A stretch of 64,000 bases of DNA. It comes from an uncultured delta proteobacterium (GTDB lineage: Bacteria > Myxococcota_A > Polyangia > Fen-1088). The notes under the pieces are model-generated. The model was not told where the DNA came from. It saw nothing but the letters and a program-made list of their open reading frames with translations, and ran no database searches. Positions 12,644 to 22,562 of the stretch are shown in pieces. The position numbers and the translations under genes were made by a program. Location of the stretch: the NCBI GenBank assembly GCA_963796685.1, contig CAWCMR010000008.1, positions 544,001 to 608,000 of the forward strand, written 5' to 3'. The stretch's first letter is position 1, and every line of letters begins with the position of its first letter.

Positions 12644-13933
12644 CTACAATGGCGTGGAGCGGGTGGGCTCGCGGCCCGTGATCAGGCGCGCGCCACGGCG
12701 GTAGGTCAGGTAGGACCAGGCCCAATTGATGATGACGATGGTGCGATTGCGGAAATCGACCAAGTAGTAGATGTGAACGAGCAGCCAGGTGAGCCAGGCG
12801 ACAAAACCGCTCAACCGGACGCTGCCGAGCTCGGCCACCGCGCGGCTGCGTCCGATGGTTGCCATCGAGCCCTTGTCGCGATAGCCAAAGGTCTCGGCCG
12901 GGTGTCCATCGATGCGCCGACCAATCTGGCGGGCCACGAAGCGTCCCTGTTGCATGGCCACCGCGCTCACGCCCGGAAGTGGGGGCTTGCCGACCGCCGG
13001 AACGAACGCGGCGGCGTCGCCGATGCAGAAGATCTCGGGATGCCCCGCCAGGGAACAGTCCGGTTCGACCAGCGCCCGGCCCGCGCGGTCCACGGGCGCG
13101 GGCAAATCCTTGGGCAAGGGAGCGGCGGCCACGCCGGCGGCCCACAACACGGTCCCGGCCAAGATGCGTTCGTCGCCGAGCAGGATGCCTTCCCCGTCGA
13201 TCCGGGTGACCGGGGCGCCCGTGCGCACCTCGACGCCCATGTCGGCCAGGCTGTGCAAGGCGCGGTCGGAAAGCTGGGGCGCGAAGGTGTTCAAGATGCG
13301 CGGTCCGGCTTCGAGCAAAACGACGCGCGTGCTCTCGGGATTGATGGCGCGAAAATCGCGAGCCAGCACGTAGCTCGCCAGCTCTGCAATGGCTCCGGCC
13401 AGCTCGACCCCGGTGGGGCCGCCGCCGATGACCACGAAGGTCAGGTGACGGCGCCGCGCTTCGGGATCGGGCTCACGCTCGGCGGCCTCGAAGGCCAACA
13501 GAACACGCCGGCGGATCTCCACGGCATCCTCGATGTCCTTCAAGCCGGGCGCGACCTTGCGCCAATCCTCGTGGCCGAAGTAGCTGGTAAGCGCTCCCGT
13601 GGCCACGACGAGATAGTCGTACGCGAGGGGCGGCGCCTCGCGCAGGAGCACCTGGTGGGCGGCAAGATCGATGCGCGTCGCCTCCGCGAGCAGGACGCGC
13701 GCATTCTTCTGCCTGCGCAGTACACTGCGGATGGGGACGGCGATCTCGGCCGGCGACAGCCCGGCCATGGCCACCTGGTAAAGCAGCGGCTGAAACAGAT
13801 GGTGGTTCCGTCGATCGACCAGCGTGACGTGCACGGCCTCGCGCGCCAGCGCGCGGGTCGCCGCCAGGCCGGCAAAGCCGCCTCCGATGACCACGACTTG
13901 CTTGCGGAGCTTGATAGCCACGTCAGAAAACAT
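12644..13933 (-). CDS. ndh: Type II NADH dehydrogenase / NAD(P)-FAD oxidoreductase
   Basis: VVVIGGGFAG, NHHLFQPLLYQVA, VIGGGPTGVELAG, YRDKGSMATIGR. Confidence 0.95.
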   Translation of the reverse strand: MFSDVAIKLRKQVVVIGGGFAGLAATRALAREAVHVTLVDRRNHHLFQPLLYQVAMAGLSPAEIAVPIRSVLRRQKNARVLLAEATRIDLAAHQVLLREAPPLAYDYLVVATGALTSYFGHEDWRKVAPGLKDIEDAVEIRRRVLLAFEAAEREPDPEARRRHLTFVVIGGGPTGVELAGAIAELASYVLARDFRAINPESTRVVLLEAGPRILNTFAPQLSDRALHSLADMGVEVRTGAPVTRIDGEGILLGDERILAGTVLWAAGVAAAPLPKDLPAPVDRAGRALVEPDCSLAGHPEIFCIGDAAAFVPAVGKPPLPGVSAVAMQQGRFVARQIGRRIDGHPAETFGYRDKGSMATIGRSRAVAELGSVRLSGFVAWLTWLLVHIYYLVDFRNRTIVIINWAWSYLTYRRGARLITGREPTRSTPL

Positions 13934-14033
13934 GACACTTCGTCGGGGCCTCTGCACCGGCGATAATGCGGGGGCCCGAGCGCCCGCCACGCCTTCCGCT
14001 CCGCCCGCGCAGGCGAGGTGTTTTCAGGTCGAC

Positions 14034-14072
14034 GGCCATGCCACCCATTCCTGGCTTCCTGGCTTCCTTAGA
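14034..14072. repeat. Solo copy of 39-bp repeat with 8-bp TTCCTGGC units
   Basis: ggccatgccacccattcctggcttcctggcttccttaga matches 18380-18418 at 37/39 positions. Confidence 0.8.
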
Positions 14073-14140
14073 GGCCTCCTCTTCTGGCAAGCACCCTACG
14101 AAAATTGGCGCCTTTTGCGCAAGCAGGTGAAGGTGAGCAC

Positions 14141-15358
14141 ATGGGGACGTTCCTCGGCGCATTCCGCAGCAAGCGGGTCTTCATCATGATCGGCATGGGG
14201 TTCGCGTCCGGGCTGCCGCTGGCCATGTCCGGTTCGACCCTGGGCACGTGGATGGCCAAGGCCGGTGTCAACCTCAAGACCATCGGTCTCTTCGCGCTGG
14301 TCAGCCTGCCCTATTCGTTCAAGTTCCTGTGGGCGCCGCTGCTCGACCGGTTCAGCCTGCCCCTGCTCGGCCGGCGTCGCGGCTGGATTGCGCTGACCCA
14401 GCTCGGGCTCGCGCTTGGGGTTTGGGCCACCAGCACCGTGGATCCGCGGTCGGCGCCGGTGGCCATGGCGACGACGGCCCTGGCGGTCGCGCTCCTCTCG
14501 GCCAGCCAGGACATCGTCAGCGACGCCTACCGCACCGATGTCCTGCCGCCCGAAGAGCGCGCCTCGGGCACGTCGACCTTCGTGCTCGGCTACCGCATCG
14601 CCATGCTCGTCTCGGGCGCCGGCGCGTTGGCCCTATCCGATTACCTGACCTGGCCGACGGTGTACAAGATCATGGCCCTCTTGATGCTGCCCATGATCGC
14701 CATCACCTGGCTCGCGCCCGAGCCCGAGGCCGTTCGACCGCCGCGCACCGTGGCCGATGCATTCACCAAGCCGTTTCTCGATTTCTTTGCCCGCAAGGAC
14801 GCGCTGGTAGGGATCGGGTTCATCATGTTGTACAAGCTCGGCGATTACGTGGCGTCCGGCATGATTCAGCCGTTTCTCATCAAGACGGGGTTCTCCGGCA
14901 CCGAGATCGCGGCCTGGTACAAGCTGGTCGGCTTCACCGCCATGACCGTCGGGGTTCTGCTCGGCGGCGGCATGGTGACCAAGCTCGGGGTGCGCAAGGC
15001 GCTCCTGCTTTTCGGCATCCTCGCCTCGGTCACCAACAGCGGCTATCTCGCCTTGTCGCTGGTGGGGAAGAACCACGCTCTCCTGGCCGGAGCCATCGGC
15101 ATCCACAACCTGTGCAGCGGTATGGCCGAGACCGCGTTCATGGCTTTCCTGATGTCGCTTTGTAACAAGTCGTTCTCGGCCACCCAGTTCGCCCTGCTGT
15201 CGAGCGCGTCCACCGTGGTGGGGCGCACACTCGGCGCGGGCTCGGGCTATCTCATCGCCGCGGCGGGTTGGCCCGCCTTCTTCGCCACCACCATGGCCAT
15301 GGCCGCGCCGGCCCTGGTGATGCTGAGGTTCCTGCCCAAGGAAGAGCCCAGTCCCTGA
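14141..15358 (+). CDS. ampG: AmpG-family muropeptide MFS permease
   Basis: GFASGLP, PYSFKFLWAPLLD, GRRRGWI, SASQDIVSDAYR, FSATQFALLSS. Confidence 0.93.
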   Translation: MGTFLGAFRSKRVFIMIGMGFASGLPLAMSGSTLGTWMAKAGVNLKTIGLFALVSLPYSFKFLWAPLLDRFSLPLLGRRRGWIALTQLGLALGVWATSTVDPRSAPVAMATTALAVALLSASQDIVSDAYRTDVLPPEERASGTSTFVLGYRIAMLVSGAGALALSDYLTWPTVYKIMALLMLPMIAITWLAPEPEAVRPPRTVADAFTKPFLDFFARKDALVGIGFIMLYKLGDYVASGMIQPFLIKTGFSGTEIAAWYKLVGFTAMTVGVLLGGGMVTKLGVRKALLLFGILASVTNSGYLALSLVGKNHALLAGAIGIHNLCSGMAETAFMAFLMSLCNKSFSATQFALLSSASTVVGRTLGAGSGYLIAAAGWPAFFATTMAMAAPALVMLRFLPKEEPSP

Positions 15359-15573
15359 CGACCAGAGGCCACCCGATGGGCCGGCAACCCTTGCATGCAT
15401 CGGTGGCAAATGCGGTTTCGCTTGTTCGCCCGCCACCCTACGCCGCCTGGCGACTTTCGCCCGTGAAGGCTCTTTTGGGCTTTGGAGATGCCACGACCAG
15501 AGTTAGAAACTGCGCTGGCTCGACCGCTATCCTCGAGTAGGCCGAAGCACAGCTCAGAAAGGATTGAGATAAC

Positions 15574-17055
15574 ATGGTGTCGACGGTAGTTCTGAATGCC
15601 TCTTCCAGGCCGTCTTTGACTGGCCTCGTTCTCCTCGCAAGCATTGTCGGGTGTGGCGGCCTCGGGGGCCGGGATGCGTCCACCGTGGACGCCCCGATTG
15701 CCCCGGTCTGGTCGCCCGACATCACGTTCAGCAGTTGTGACGATTTCGCGACCATCCCCATCGGTTCCTACGTCGTGCAGTCGAACTATTGGAACAAGGC
15801 CGTCTGCCCGGGTACCCAGTGCATCGAGATCAACACCGTCAACGGCGATTTCGCGGTGAATCCCGGTCCGCCAGGCTGTGGCAACAACGTGGCCTCGTTC
15901 CCCAACGTGCTCTACGGGTGCGCGTACGGGAACTGCAGCCCGGGGACGATGCTGCCGTTGCCGGTCACCGCGCTCTCGCAGGCCAGCAGCACCTGGAGCT
16001 TCGCCGCGGCAGAGGGCGCAAGCGATGCCTGGAACGTGGGTTACGACATCTGGTTTTGCCCGGACAACAACTGCGGATCCAGCGGATTCCCCCACGGGCT
16101 GGAGCTGATGATCTGGCTCGACTACAAGAACGCCCACGGCTACAAGGACCACCTCGGCGCCGTGAATATTGACGGCTACAGCTGGGACGTCTGGGCGGCC
16201 TCCATGGCCGCCGGCGGAGCGCTCGATAGCTGGAACTACATGGATTACATCGTCAAGGGCCAGATGGTGACGTCCGTGACCGACCTCGACCTGATGCCCT
16301 TCATCAAGGATGCGATCGCCAGGCACTATGCCGAGGATTCCTGGTACCTGTACGCGATCCAAGCAGGCATGGAGGTGCGGTCCGGAGGCATGCCCTTCGT
16401 CAGCAACACCTTCTTGGTCTCCATCAACGGCGTCAGGCCGACGCACGCGCCGCTGCCGTCCACGGGTCCATCGTGCGATGGTGGCATTGCCACCGCGGAG
16501 GGCCTGCTCGCGGTCAATGACGACTACGTCACCGTGGGCCCGCTGCACGGGTACGCCGACGCCTGGGCTACCCCGGGCCCCACCTCGGCCGCCAGCGTGA
16601 TCGCCTGCGGCACGCCCGCGCTGGGGCCGACAGCCCTGTGCACGACTGGGGGCATTTCGGCGGATACGACCTACAATTCAACCGCCGGACTTGGCTTCTA
16701 CCTCAACCAAGATGTGGGCGCCCGCATTTTTCCAGGCGTTGACGCGGCAACGGTCCCGGTCGGGACCATCACCATCCCCAACAGCCTCTCGGTCTCCATC
16801 ACGAAATCCGGCACGTTCAACGGGAACAACTCCCTGCGAGCGCAATTGGTCGACCAGGACGGCAATCGTTTCTGCTACGGCGGACCCCTGAACGTGCCGA
16901 TTCCCATCACCGACTTCAACACCATGTGCTGGAACAACACGGGCGCCTTCGCAACACCCACCACGCCCTTCCAGAGGCTCGAAATCATGGTGCCGAGCAG
17001 CGCGGTGTCGGAGGAGGACTTCTCCTACTGCCTCACCGGCGTCACCGTGCAATAG
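15574..17055 (+). CDS. GH12 endoglucanase lipoprotein with C-terminal extra domain
   Basis: YVVQSNYWN, WNVGYDIWF, GLELMIWL (nucleophile), IQAGME (acid/base). Confidence 0.88.
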   Translation: MVSTVVLNASSRPSLTGLVLLASIVGCGGLGGRDASTVDAPIAPVWSPDITFSSCDDFATIPIGSYVVQSNYWNKAVCPGTQCIEINTVNGDFAVNPGPPGCGNNVASFPNVLYGCAYGNCSPGTMLPLPVTALSQASSTWSFAAAEGASDAWNVGYDIWFCPDNNCGSSGFPHGLELMIWLDYKNAHGYKDHLGAVNIDGYSWDVWAASMAAGGALDSWNYMDYIVKGQMVTSVTDLDLMPFIKDAIARHYAEDSWYLYAIQAGMEVRSGGMPFVSNTFLVSINGVRPTHAPLPSTGPSCDGGIATAEGLLAVNDDYVTVGPLHGYADAWATPGPTSAASVIACGTPALGPTALCTTGGISADTTYNSTAGLGFYLNQDVGARIFPGVDAATVPVGTITIPNSLSVSITKSGTFNGNNSLRAQLVDQDGNRFCYGGPLNVPIPITDFNTMCWNNTGAFATPTTPFQRLEIMVPSSAVSEEDFSYCLTGVTVQ

Positions 17056-17087
17056 CGCGGGAGGCGTTCGACCGTCCGGCGGGGGGC

Positions 17088-18125
17088 CTATCCACGCATG
17101 AACATGCGCGGCGGGACCGGCTGTCGGTAGGCGCCGCGCAGCTTGAACTTGCGTTCCAGATCGGCGATGGCGGCGTCCGCCAGGTCGACGCCGTAGAGCT
17201 CGTGCATGTTGTGCAGACCCCCCGGCGCGAAGACGTTGATCTCGAGGATCTTGCCTCCCGCGATGTCCAGCCCGACGAAGTAGAGCCCGTCGGCAATGAG
17301 GCGGGGACGGAGGGTTTCGCACAGCTCGCGCTCGGCCTGGCTCAGCCGGCAAGCGCGGCGCGAGGCGCCCAGGTGCATGTTGTTGCGGCGGTCGTCGCTG
17401 GCGTGCACGCGGCGGTACACGGCCACACGGCCGCCCACCTCGAGAGGAACGCCGGCCATCAACAGCACGCGTTTGTCCCCGCGGCTTGCCGCCGTCACAT
17501 ACTCTTGCACGATGAGATAACCGCTGTCGCGCACGGTGGAAATGATCTGCGACAGGTTGGCTCTTTCGCCGTGGCCGACGAAAAAGACATTGCGTCCGCC
17601 GTATCCGAAGAGCGGTTTGATGACCGCGGCGCCGTCGAGCTCGCGCAGGAAAGCCCGCACCCGGTTCGCCGAGCAGGTGATGAGCGTCCTCGGCCGGATG
17701 GTGGCTGGAAAGCCGGCGAGGTACATTTTTGACCCCGCTCGGCGCAGGCCGTCGGGATCGTTCAGCACCATCACGCCGGCTTCCTTGAGCCGCCGCCCGA
17801 GCTCGATGGCTGGATTGACGCGTATCGTGTGACCATCGCCCACATGGGGGTTGTTGCGCAGAAGCACGACATCGAACCCGGACAGAGGCACCTCCTCGCG
17901 TCGTGATTCGGGCGATCGCAACGAGGCGAGCATGGACGTGGGATCGACCTGCGAGCCCGGCGCCGGGGTGACCACGCGCCCGGTAACCTCACGCTCATGC
18001 GCGAAGTCGTCGACGGAAATGAAGGCTACCTCGTGACCACGCCTCTGTGCCGCCGCGGCCAGGTAGGCGGTCGTGTAGGTCGGGCGAAGGCTTCTTGGGT
18101 TGTTGACGACGAAAAGGACGCGCAT
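17088..18125 (-). CDS. gshB: Glutathione synthetase-like ATP-grasp ligase
   Basis: FDVVLLRNNP, NDPDGL, KPLFGYGG, IVQEY, GDKRV, FVGLDIAGGKILEINVFAPGG; ATG 18125. Confidence 0.8.
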   Translation of the reverse strand: MRVLFVVNNPRSLRPTYTTAYLAAAAQRRGHEVAFISVDDFAHEREVTGRVVTPAPGSQVDPTSMLASLRSPESRREEVPLSGFDVVLLRNNPHVGDGHTIRVNPAIELGRRLKEAGVMVLNDPDGLRRAGSKMYLAGFPATIRPRTLITCSANRVRAFLRELDGAAVIKPLFGYGGRNVFFVGHGERANLSQIISTVRDSGYLIVQEYVTAASRGDKRVLLMAGVPLEVGGRVAVYRRVHASDDRRNNMHLGASRRACRLSQAERELCETLRPRLIADGLYFVGLDIAGGKILEINVFAPGGLHNMHELYGVDLADAAIADLERKFKLRGAYRQPVPPRMFMRG

Positions 18126-18261
18126 GGGCTGCGGGGTGGACCCGCCTCGGGCGAGTCTCCCAGCCCGAGATTGGTCCGACCGACGCGAATGCGCAATACC
18201 TCGGACAGCGCTTCCTCGGGGGTGCAGGCCACGCAACCTCCAGGACCCGTGACCGATGACG

Positions 18262-18418
18262 TCTAAGGAAGCCAGGAAAGCAGGAAGAAAGAGGACAAGC
18301 AGGGCTCCCAAGAGGACAAGCAGATGGCTGCGTCAATCGTCGCCGTGGTTCGCTCCTGCCTGCGTCATTGCCTCCCAATGGCCATACCACCCATTCCTGG
18401 CTTCCTGGATTCCTTAGA
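18262..18418. repeat. 157-bp MITE/REP-like element with 25-bp imperfect terminal inverted repeats
   Basis: tctaaggaagccaggaaagcaggaa ... ttcctggcttcctggattccttaga; internal direct repeat aagaggacaagcag x2. Confidence 0.75.
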
Positions 18419-18498
18419 TCCCCCCTGCTCTGTCGAGCACCCCTTCCTCGTCAACGCATAGCCGCCCTTTCCCAGGCCTGGTAATCTGAACGCACGTC

Positions 18499-19308
18499 AT
18501 GGCCGGTTCCAAGACCAGATTCGGTTTCCTCGGAAACGGGGACGAGCCCCCGGACTCGGGCGACCCCAAGGCCGCGCGTACAATCATCGGGCACGACATC
18601 CATTTGCCCAAGCTACCGTCCGGATTCGAGCAACCGAGCCCTCACCTTCCGCCAACCCCGCTCGCGCCAGCGAGAATTGCCTACCCCCGCTCTCGGCCGG
18701 CAGCGGTTCTGGCGCCTATGACCGAAGTCATCACGGAATCGGTTGCGGTGAGAAGGCACTACAAGCCGCAGCAGAGCCGGTTGGCGCGTTTCCTCGGCCG
18801 CTGGACCCGAAGCGGACATTTCCAGTCGCGCAGTCGCATGGGTGACAGCCAGGCCGACTCGGGCGACGACGGTTTGGATGTTCCGCACGACACTGCCGGC
18901 CGGAATGTTCTGCTGGTTCTGGTGATCGCGGCCCTGACCTTCCTCATCACCTTCGCCATCGTGAAGGCACGCCAGCGCTACGCAGCGGTGCCTTCGGTCC
19001 CCGGAACGCAAGTCGCGGAGCCCCCCACCGTGTCGCAGTCCCCGAGGCCTGTGGTCCCGGCCTCGGTCGCGCCTGCAGTAGCCCTGCCTCCGGCGCCCAC
19101 GGCCCCCGAGAAGCCGATGTTGCTCGGGACGCCGACGTCCAGGGCTGTTGCTCCGCCCGCCGGCCGCCCGCAAGCGCAGCCGGCGCCACATGCCACCGCA
19201 CGGACTGCTACCAAGCCGGTCCCGCGCAAAGCTGTCGCGCGCCCGGACTCGACCACCTTCGAGCTGCCCGACCACCTCAAGGGTGAGCTGCTTCCCCTGG
19301 GACATTAG
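18499..19308 (+). CDS. Hypothetical single-pass membrane protein, Pro-rich
   Basis: One TM segment flanked by low-complexity regions; 12 bp from the next gene. Confidence 0.65.
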   Translation: MAGSKTRFGFLGNGDEPPDSGDPKAARTIIGHDIHLPKLPSGFEQPSPHLPPTPLAPARIAYPRSRPAAVLAPMTEVITESVAVRRHYKPQQSRLARFLGRWTRSGHFQSRSRMGDSQADSGDDGLDVPHDTAGRNVLLVLVIAALTFLITFAIVKARQRYAAVPSVPGTQVAEPPTVSQSPRPVVPASVAPAVALPPAPTAPEKPMLLGTPTSRAVAPPAGRPQAQPAPHATARTATKPVPRKAVARPDSTTFELPDHLKGELLPLGH

Positions 19309-19320
19309 CAAGGAGCAACC

Positions 19321-19590
19321 ATGAAAGCCGTCGTCTTCTACGAACCCGGGAGCGCCTCCATGGAATCCATCATGGCCGTTTATCCCCGCCACAAGGTGTT
19401 GGTGGATGCCTACGCCGCGCGTGGCGAAGCCCTGGCCATCGGCACCTTTGCCGGCGGCAAAGAAGGCTCGATGGGCGTATTCAAGAGCCGCGAAGCGGCC
19501 GAGTCCTTCGTCAAGGAAGACCCCTTCGTGCTCGAAGGTCTGGTGGGCCGATACACCATCAAGGACTGGAACGAAATCCTCTTGGGATAG
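19321..19590 (+). CDS. YciI-family protein
   Basis: AAGGAG RBS; R-H, G-x-F, AAESFVKEDPFVLEGLV...W. Confidence 0.88.
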   Translation: MKAVVFYEPGSASMESIMAVYPRHKVLVDAYAARGEALAIGTFAGGKEGSMGVFKSREAAESFVKEDPFVLEGLVGRYTIKDWNEILLG

Positions 19591-19679
19591 AGTCCGTCGG
19601 CTGACCGGTCCGCGATCCCAATCCGGACGGATTTCCTCCGCAAGTGGCCTATCCGGGTGCGTAACGGGGTTGGCGTGCT

Positions 19680-21116
19680 ATGGTTCCACGTCTCGTGACC
19701 CGAAAGACAACCGTTCTCAGCCAAGCCGCTCTGTGGCTCGCGCTCGCAGCCAGCCCCTCCATGGCGCAGATGCCACCGCCGGACCACAGCGCCACCAGCG
19801 CGCCGCTCTTCGTCGAGGATCTGCCGGTGGGCACGGTCTCGGTACGCATCTCCCGCCCGTCCATGACCGATTCCATCGCCAACGTGGAGGTCATGGGGTC
19901 GTGGACGACCAAGGACGGCCAGTCCAAGTCCGCCACCGTCAAGACGAGCGAAGACGGACGCGCCGTCTTCGCGGGCATCCCCGCGGGCAGCACCTTCGGG
20001 GCCAAGGCCACCGTCGAGGGCGAGAATCTCACCACCCAGCAATTCACCGTGCCCGACCAGGGCGGTACCCGTCTGCTCGTCATCGTGGGCGCCCAGGCCG
20101 CCGAAGCCATGAACGACATGACCGGCGGGGCCGCGACGGGCAAGCCCGCCCAACCGAAGCCGCTCGGCGTGCGCTCCGGGAAGGTCGAAGCTCGTGACGG
20201 CATGAAGGCCGGCACCGTGGCCATCACCGTCTTGACCGCCGAGGGCAAGCCCATCCCGGGAATCGGCGTCGACTTGGGACGCACCCAGCACGGAGGCAGC
20301 GGGGTCGACTTCGTGCATGCGGTCAGCGATGCGTCGGGCGTGGCCCACTTTGTCGACCTCAAACCAGGTGACGGCTCGGCCTACGCCGCCGTGATCGAGC
20401 GCGACGGCATCCGCGTGGGCACGCCGGCATTCATGCTCGAGGCCAAGCGCGGTGCCGTGGGCGAGATCCGCATACCGGGCAGGACCGGCGATCTGTCCGC
20501 GCTGCGCATCTCTTCCTCGTCGCGCATGATGGTCGAGCTGCGGGAAGACGCGATCGGCGTCTTGCAGAACCTCCTCGTGGAAAACACCTCGGACAAGATC
20601 TTCGATCCGGGCCCGCGCGGCCTGTACATTCCACTGCCGGACGGATTCACCGGGGCCGAAAAGCTGGCCGGCGGGGTCGACCTGGAGATCAAGGAGGGCT
20701 CGGGCGCCTATCTTCACGCCATGCTGCCGCCCGCGCAATCTCCGGGCACGATCGCCTCGGTACGCGTGGGCTATCTGCTCGCCACCCACGAAACCCCGAC
20801 GCTCGAAATCGTTCAGCCCATGCCGCTCGGGCTGGAGGGCGCGCTGGTCCTGATCCCGAGCGAGTACGCCATCAGCGTGTCCGCCCCCGGCCTGCGCGTA
20901 CGGCCTCCCGAGCGCGACGACAATGGCAACGAGCTGCGCATGTTCGAGCTGGGAGCCGTGCCGCCGGGACAGGCCCTGCACCTGACCGTGCTCGGGTTGC
21001 CCACGCGCCACCAGGCCGGCAAGTGGATCGCCGGCGCGCTGGCCGGCCTGATCGTCGCGGCTGGCTTCGTGACGGCACGCCGCCCGCGCAAGGCCCTCGG
21101 GGGCAAGGCCGGGTGA
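19680..21116 (+). CDS. Secreted, C-terminally anchored protein with carboxypeptidase-regulatory-like (Ig) domains heading the ccm operon
   Basis: Signal peptide, two T/S-x-x-x-G-x-A-x-F repeats, C-terminal TM; 4 bp before ccmA. Confidence 0.75.
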   Translation: MVPRLVTRKTTVLSQAALWLALAASPSMAQMPPPDHSATSAPLFVEDLPVGTVSVRISRPSMTDSIANVEVMGSWTTKDGQSKSATVKTSEDGRAVFAGIPAGSTFGAKATVEGENLTTQQFTVPDQGGTRLLVIVGAQAAEAMNDMTGGAATGKPAQPKPLGVRSGKVEARDGMKAGTVAITVLTAEGKPIPGIGVDLGRTQHGGSGVDFVHAVSDASGVAHFVDLKPGDGSAYAAVIERDGIRVGTPAFMLEAKRGAVGEIRIPGRTGDLSALRISSSSRMMVELREDAIGVLQNLLVENTSDKIFDPGPRGLYIPLPDGFTGAEKLAGGVDLEIKEGSGAYLHAMLPPAQSPGTIASVRVGYLLATHETPTLEIVQPMPLGLEGALVLIPSEYAISVSAPGLRVRPPERDDNGNELRMFELGAVPPGQALHLTVLGLPTRHQAGKWIAGALAGLIVAAGFVTARRPRKALGGKAG

Positions 21117-21120
21117 TCCG

Positions 21121-21837
21121 ATGAGCGAACGCCACCTTCGCGTGGCGAAGGTCTGCAAGAGCTATGGCCGACAGCGTGCCCTCGTCGAGGTGTCGCTGAC
21201 CTTCGAGCCTGGGCGTGTGGCGGCCATCGTCGGTCCGAACGGCGCGGGCAAGACCACCCTGCTCGGCATCCTGTCCACGCTGTCGAGGCCCACGAGCGGC
21301 GAGATCTTTCTCGCCGACGAGCTCATCACGCGCAACCCGGCCGCGCGGCAGACGATCGGCTACGTGGGACACGAGCCCGGCGTGTACCCCGACCTCTCGG
21401 CCCGGCAGAACCTGCGCATCTTCGCCTCTCTGTATGCCGTCACCGACGCCGAGACGCGCATCACGTCCATGCTCGAGCGGGTCGATCTGGCGGACGTGCG
21501 CAGCGATCTTCCGGCGCGGGCCTATTCGCGCGGCATGCTGCAGCGCCTGGCCCTGGCGCGCGCCCTTCTGCACGGTCCCGAGATCCTGCTCTTCGACGAG
21601 CCCTCGTCGGCCCTCGATCCCGTCGGGGTGCGCTGGCTTTCGGAAGAGCTTCTGCGCGAACGCGATGCAGGGCGACTGGTCATCCTGGTCACCCACGATC
21701 TGGATGCCGCGGCCCAGGTCGCAGGCCACCTGGTGGTGATTCGGCGCGGACGTGTCGCGATCGATCGCGCCGAGCCCTCGGGATTCACGACCGCACAAGT
21801 GCGGGGCCTATACGAGGAGGCCCTGCTTGGGAAGTAG
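21121..21837 (+). CDS. ccmA: Heme exporter ATP-binding protein CcmA
   Basis: GPNGAGKTT, YSRGMLQR, LLFDEP, VTH; context. Confidence 0.9.
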   Translation: MSERHLRVAKVCKSYGRQRALVEVSLTFEPGRVAAIVGPNGAGKTTLLGILSTLSRPTSGEIFLADELITRNPAARQTIGYVGHEPGVYPDLSARQNLRIFASLYAVTDAETRITSMLERVDLADVRSDLPARAYSRGMLQRLALARALLHGPEILLFDEPSSALDPVGVRWLSEELLRERDAGRLVILVTHDLDAAAQVAGHLVVIRRGRVAIDRAEPSGFTTAQVRGLYEEALLGK

Positions 21838-22525
21838 CTTCTGGCGCTACACCGCGCTCATCGCGGTCAAGGATCTGCGCATCGAGGGGCGCAGCCGTGA
21901 GGTGCTCTACACCATGGGATTCTCGGCCGCCCTGGTGGTGCTGGTCTTCTCTTTCGCCCTGGCCAGTGCCACCGACCCGGCACAGGGTCCCATCACCGCG
22001 GCTGGCGTGCTGTGGGCCGCGACGCTTTTCACCGGCACCGTGGCCCTGGCGCGCGTGCTCGACCGCGAGCGCGAAAACGAATCCATCCGATCCCTGCTGC
22101 TCTCCCCCGCGCCACGCGCGGCGATCTATGCCGGCAAGCTCATCGCGACCTCGGTGCTCATGTTGGCGGTCGAGGCTCTGCTGACCGTGCTCGTCGGCGT
22201 GCTCTTTTCGGCCGGGGTCTTCACCCATCTTGGCTGGCTCAGCCTGGTGCTCCTGCTCGGCACCCTGGGATTCGCCTCCACGGGCGTGGTATTTTCGGCC
22301 GCGCTTCTGCGCTCGCGCAGCCGGGAAGCCCTGCTCGGCGCCCTGCTCTTCCCCATCGTGATCCCGGTGCTGCTTGCCGCCAGTCGCGCCACGGCGTGCC
22401 TTTTCGACCCTCTTTCTCCGGATCTCGAGCCCGTGGCCTTTTGGACGCGTTTCCTTTTGGCCACCGACGTCATCTATATATCGCTGGGCCTGTGGGTCTT
22501 CGAGCCCGTGGTCAGCGGCGAGTGA
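21827..22525 (+). CDS. ccmB: Heme exporter permease CcmB
   Basis: KDLRIEGRSRE, RERENE, GKL, REALL..LLFPIVIPVL; probable TTG start 21827. Confidence 0.9.
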   Translation: MGSSFWRYTALIAVKDLRIEGRSREVLYTMGFSAALVVLVFSFALASATDPAQGPITAAGVLWAATLFTGTVALARVLDRERENESIRSLLLSPAPRAAIYAGKLIATSVLMLAVEALLTVLVGVLFSAGVFTHLGWLSLVLLLGTLGFASTGVVFSAALLRSRSREALLGALLFPIVIPVLLAASRATACLFDPLSPDLEPVAFWTRFLLATDVIYISLGLWVFEPVVSGE

Positions 22526-22562
22526 ACCAACCAAGAACTGCGATATCATTCCCCATTCCACC

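Noticed and set aside
18130-18260. Possible LOG/TIGR00725-like C-terminal remnant (VIGHGSWRL / TPEEAL) cut by the repeat element
   Set aside because: Too short and split across frames to support.
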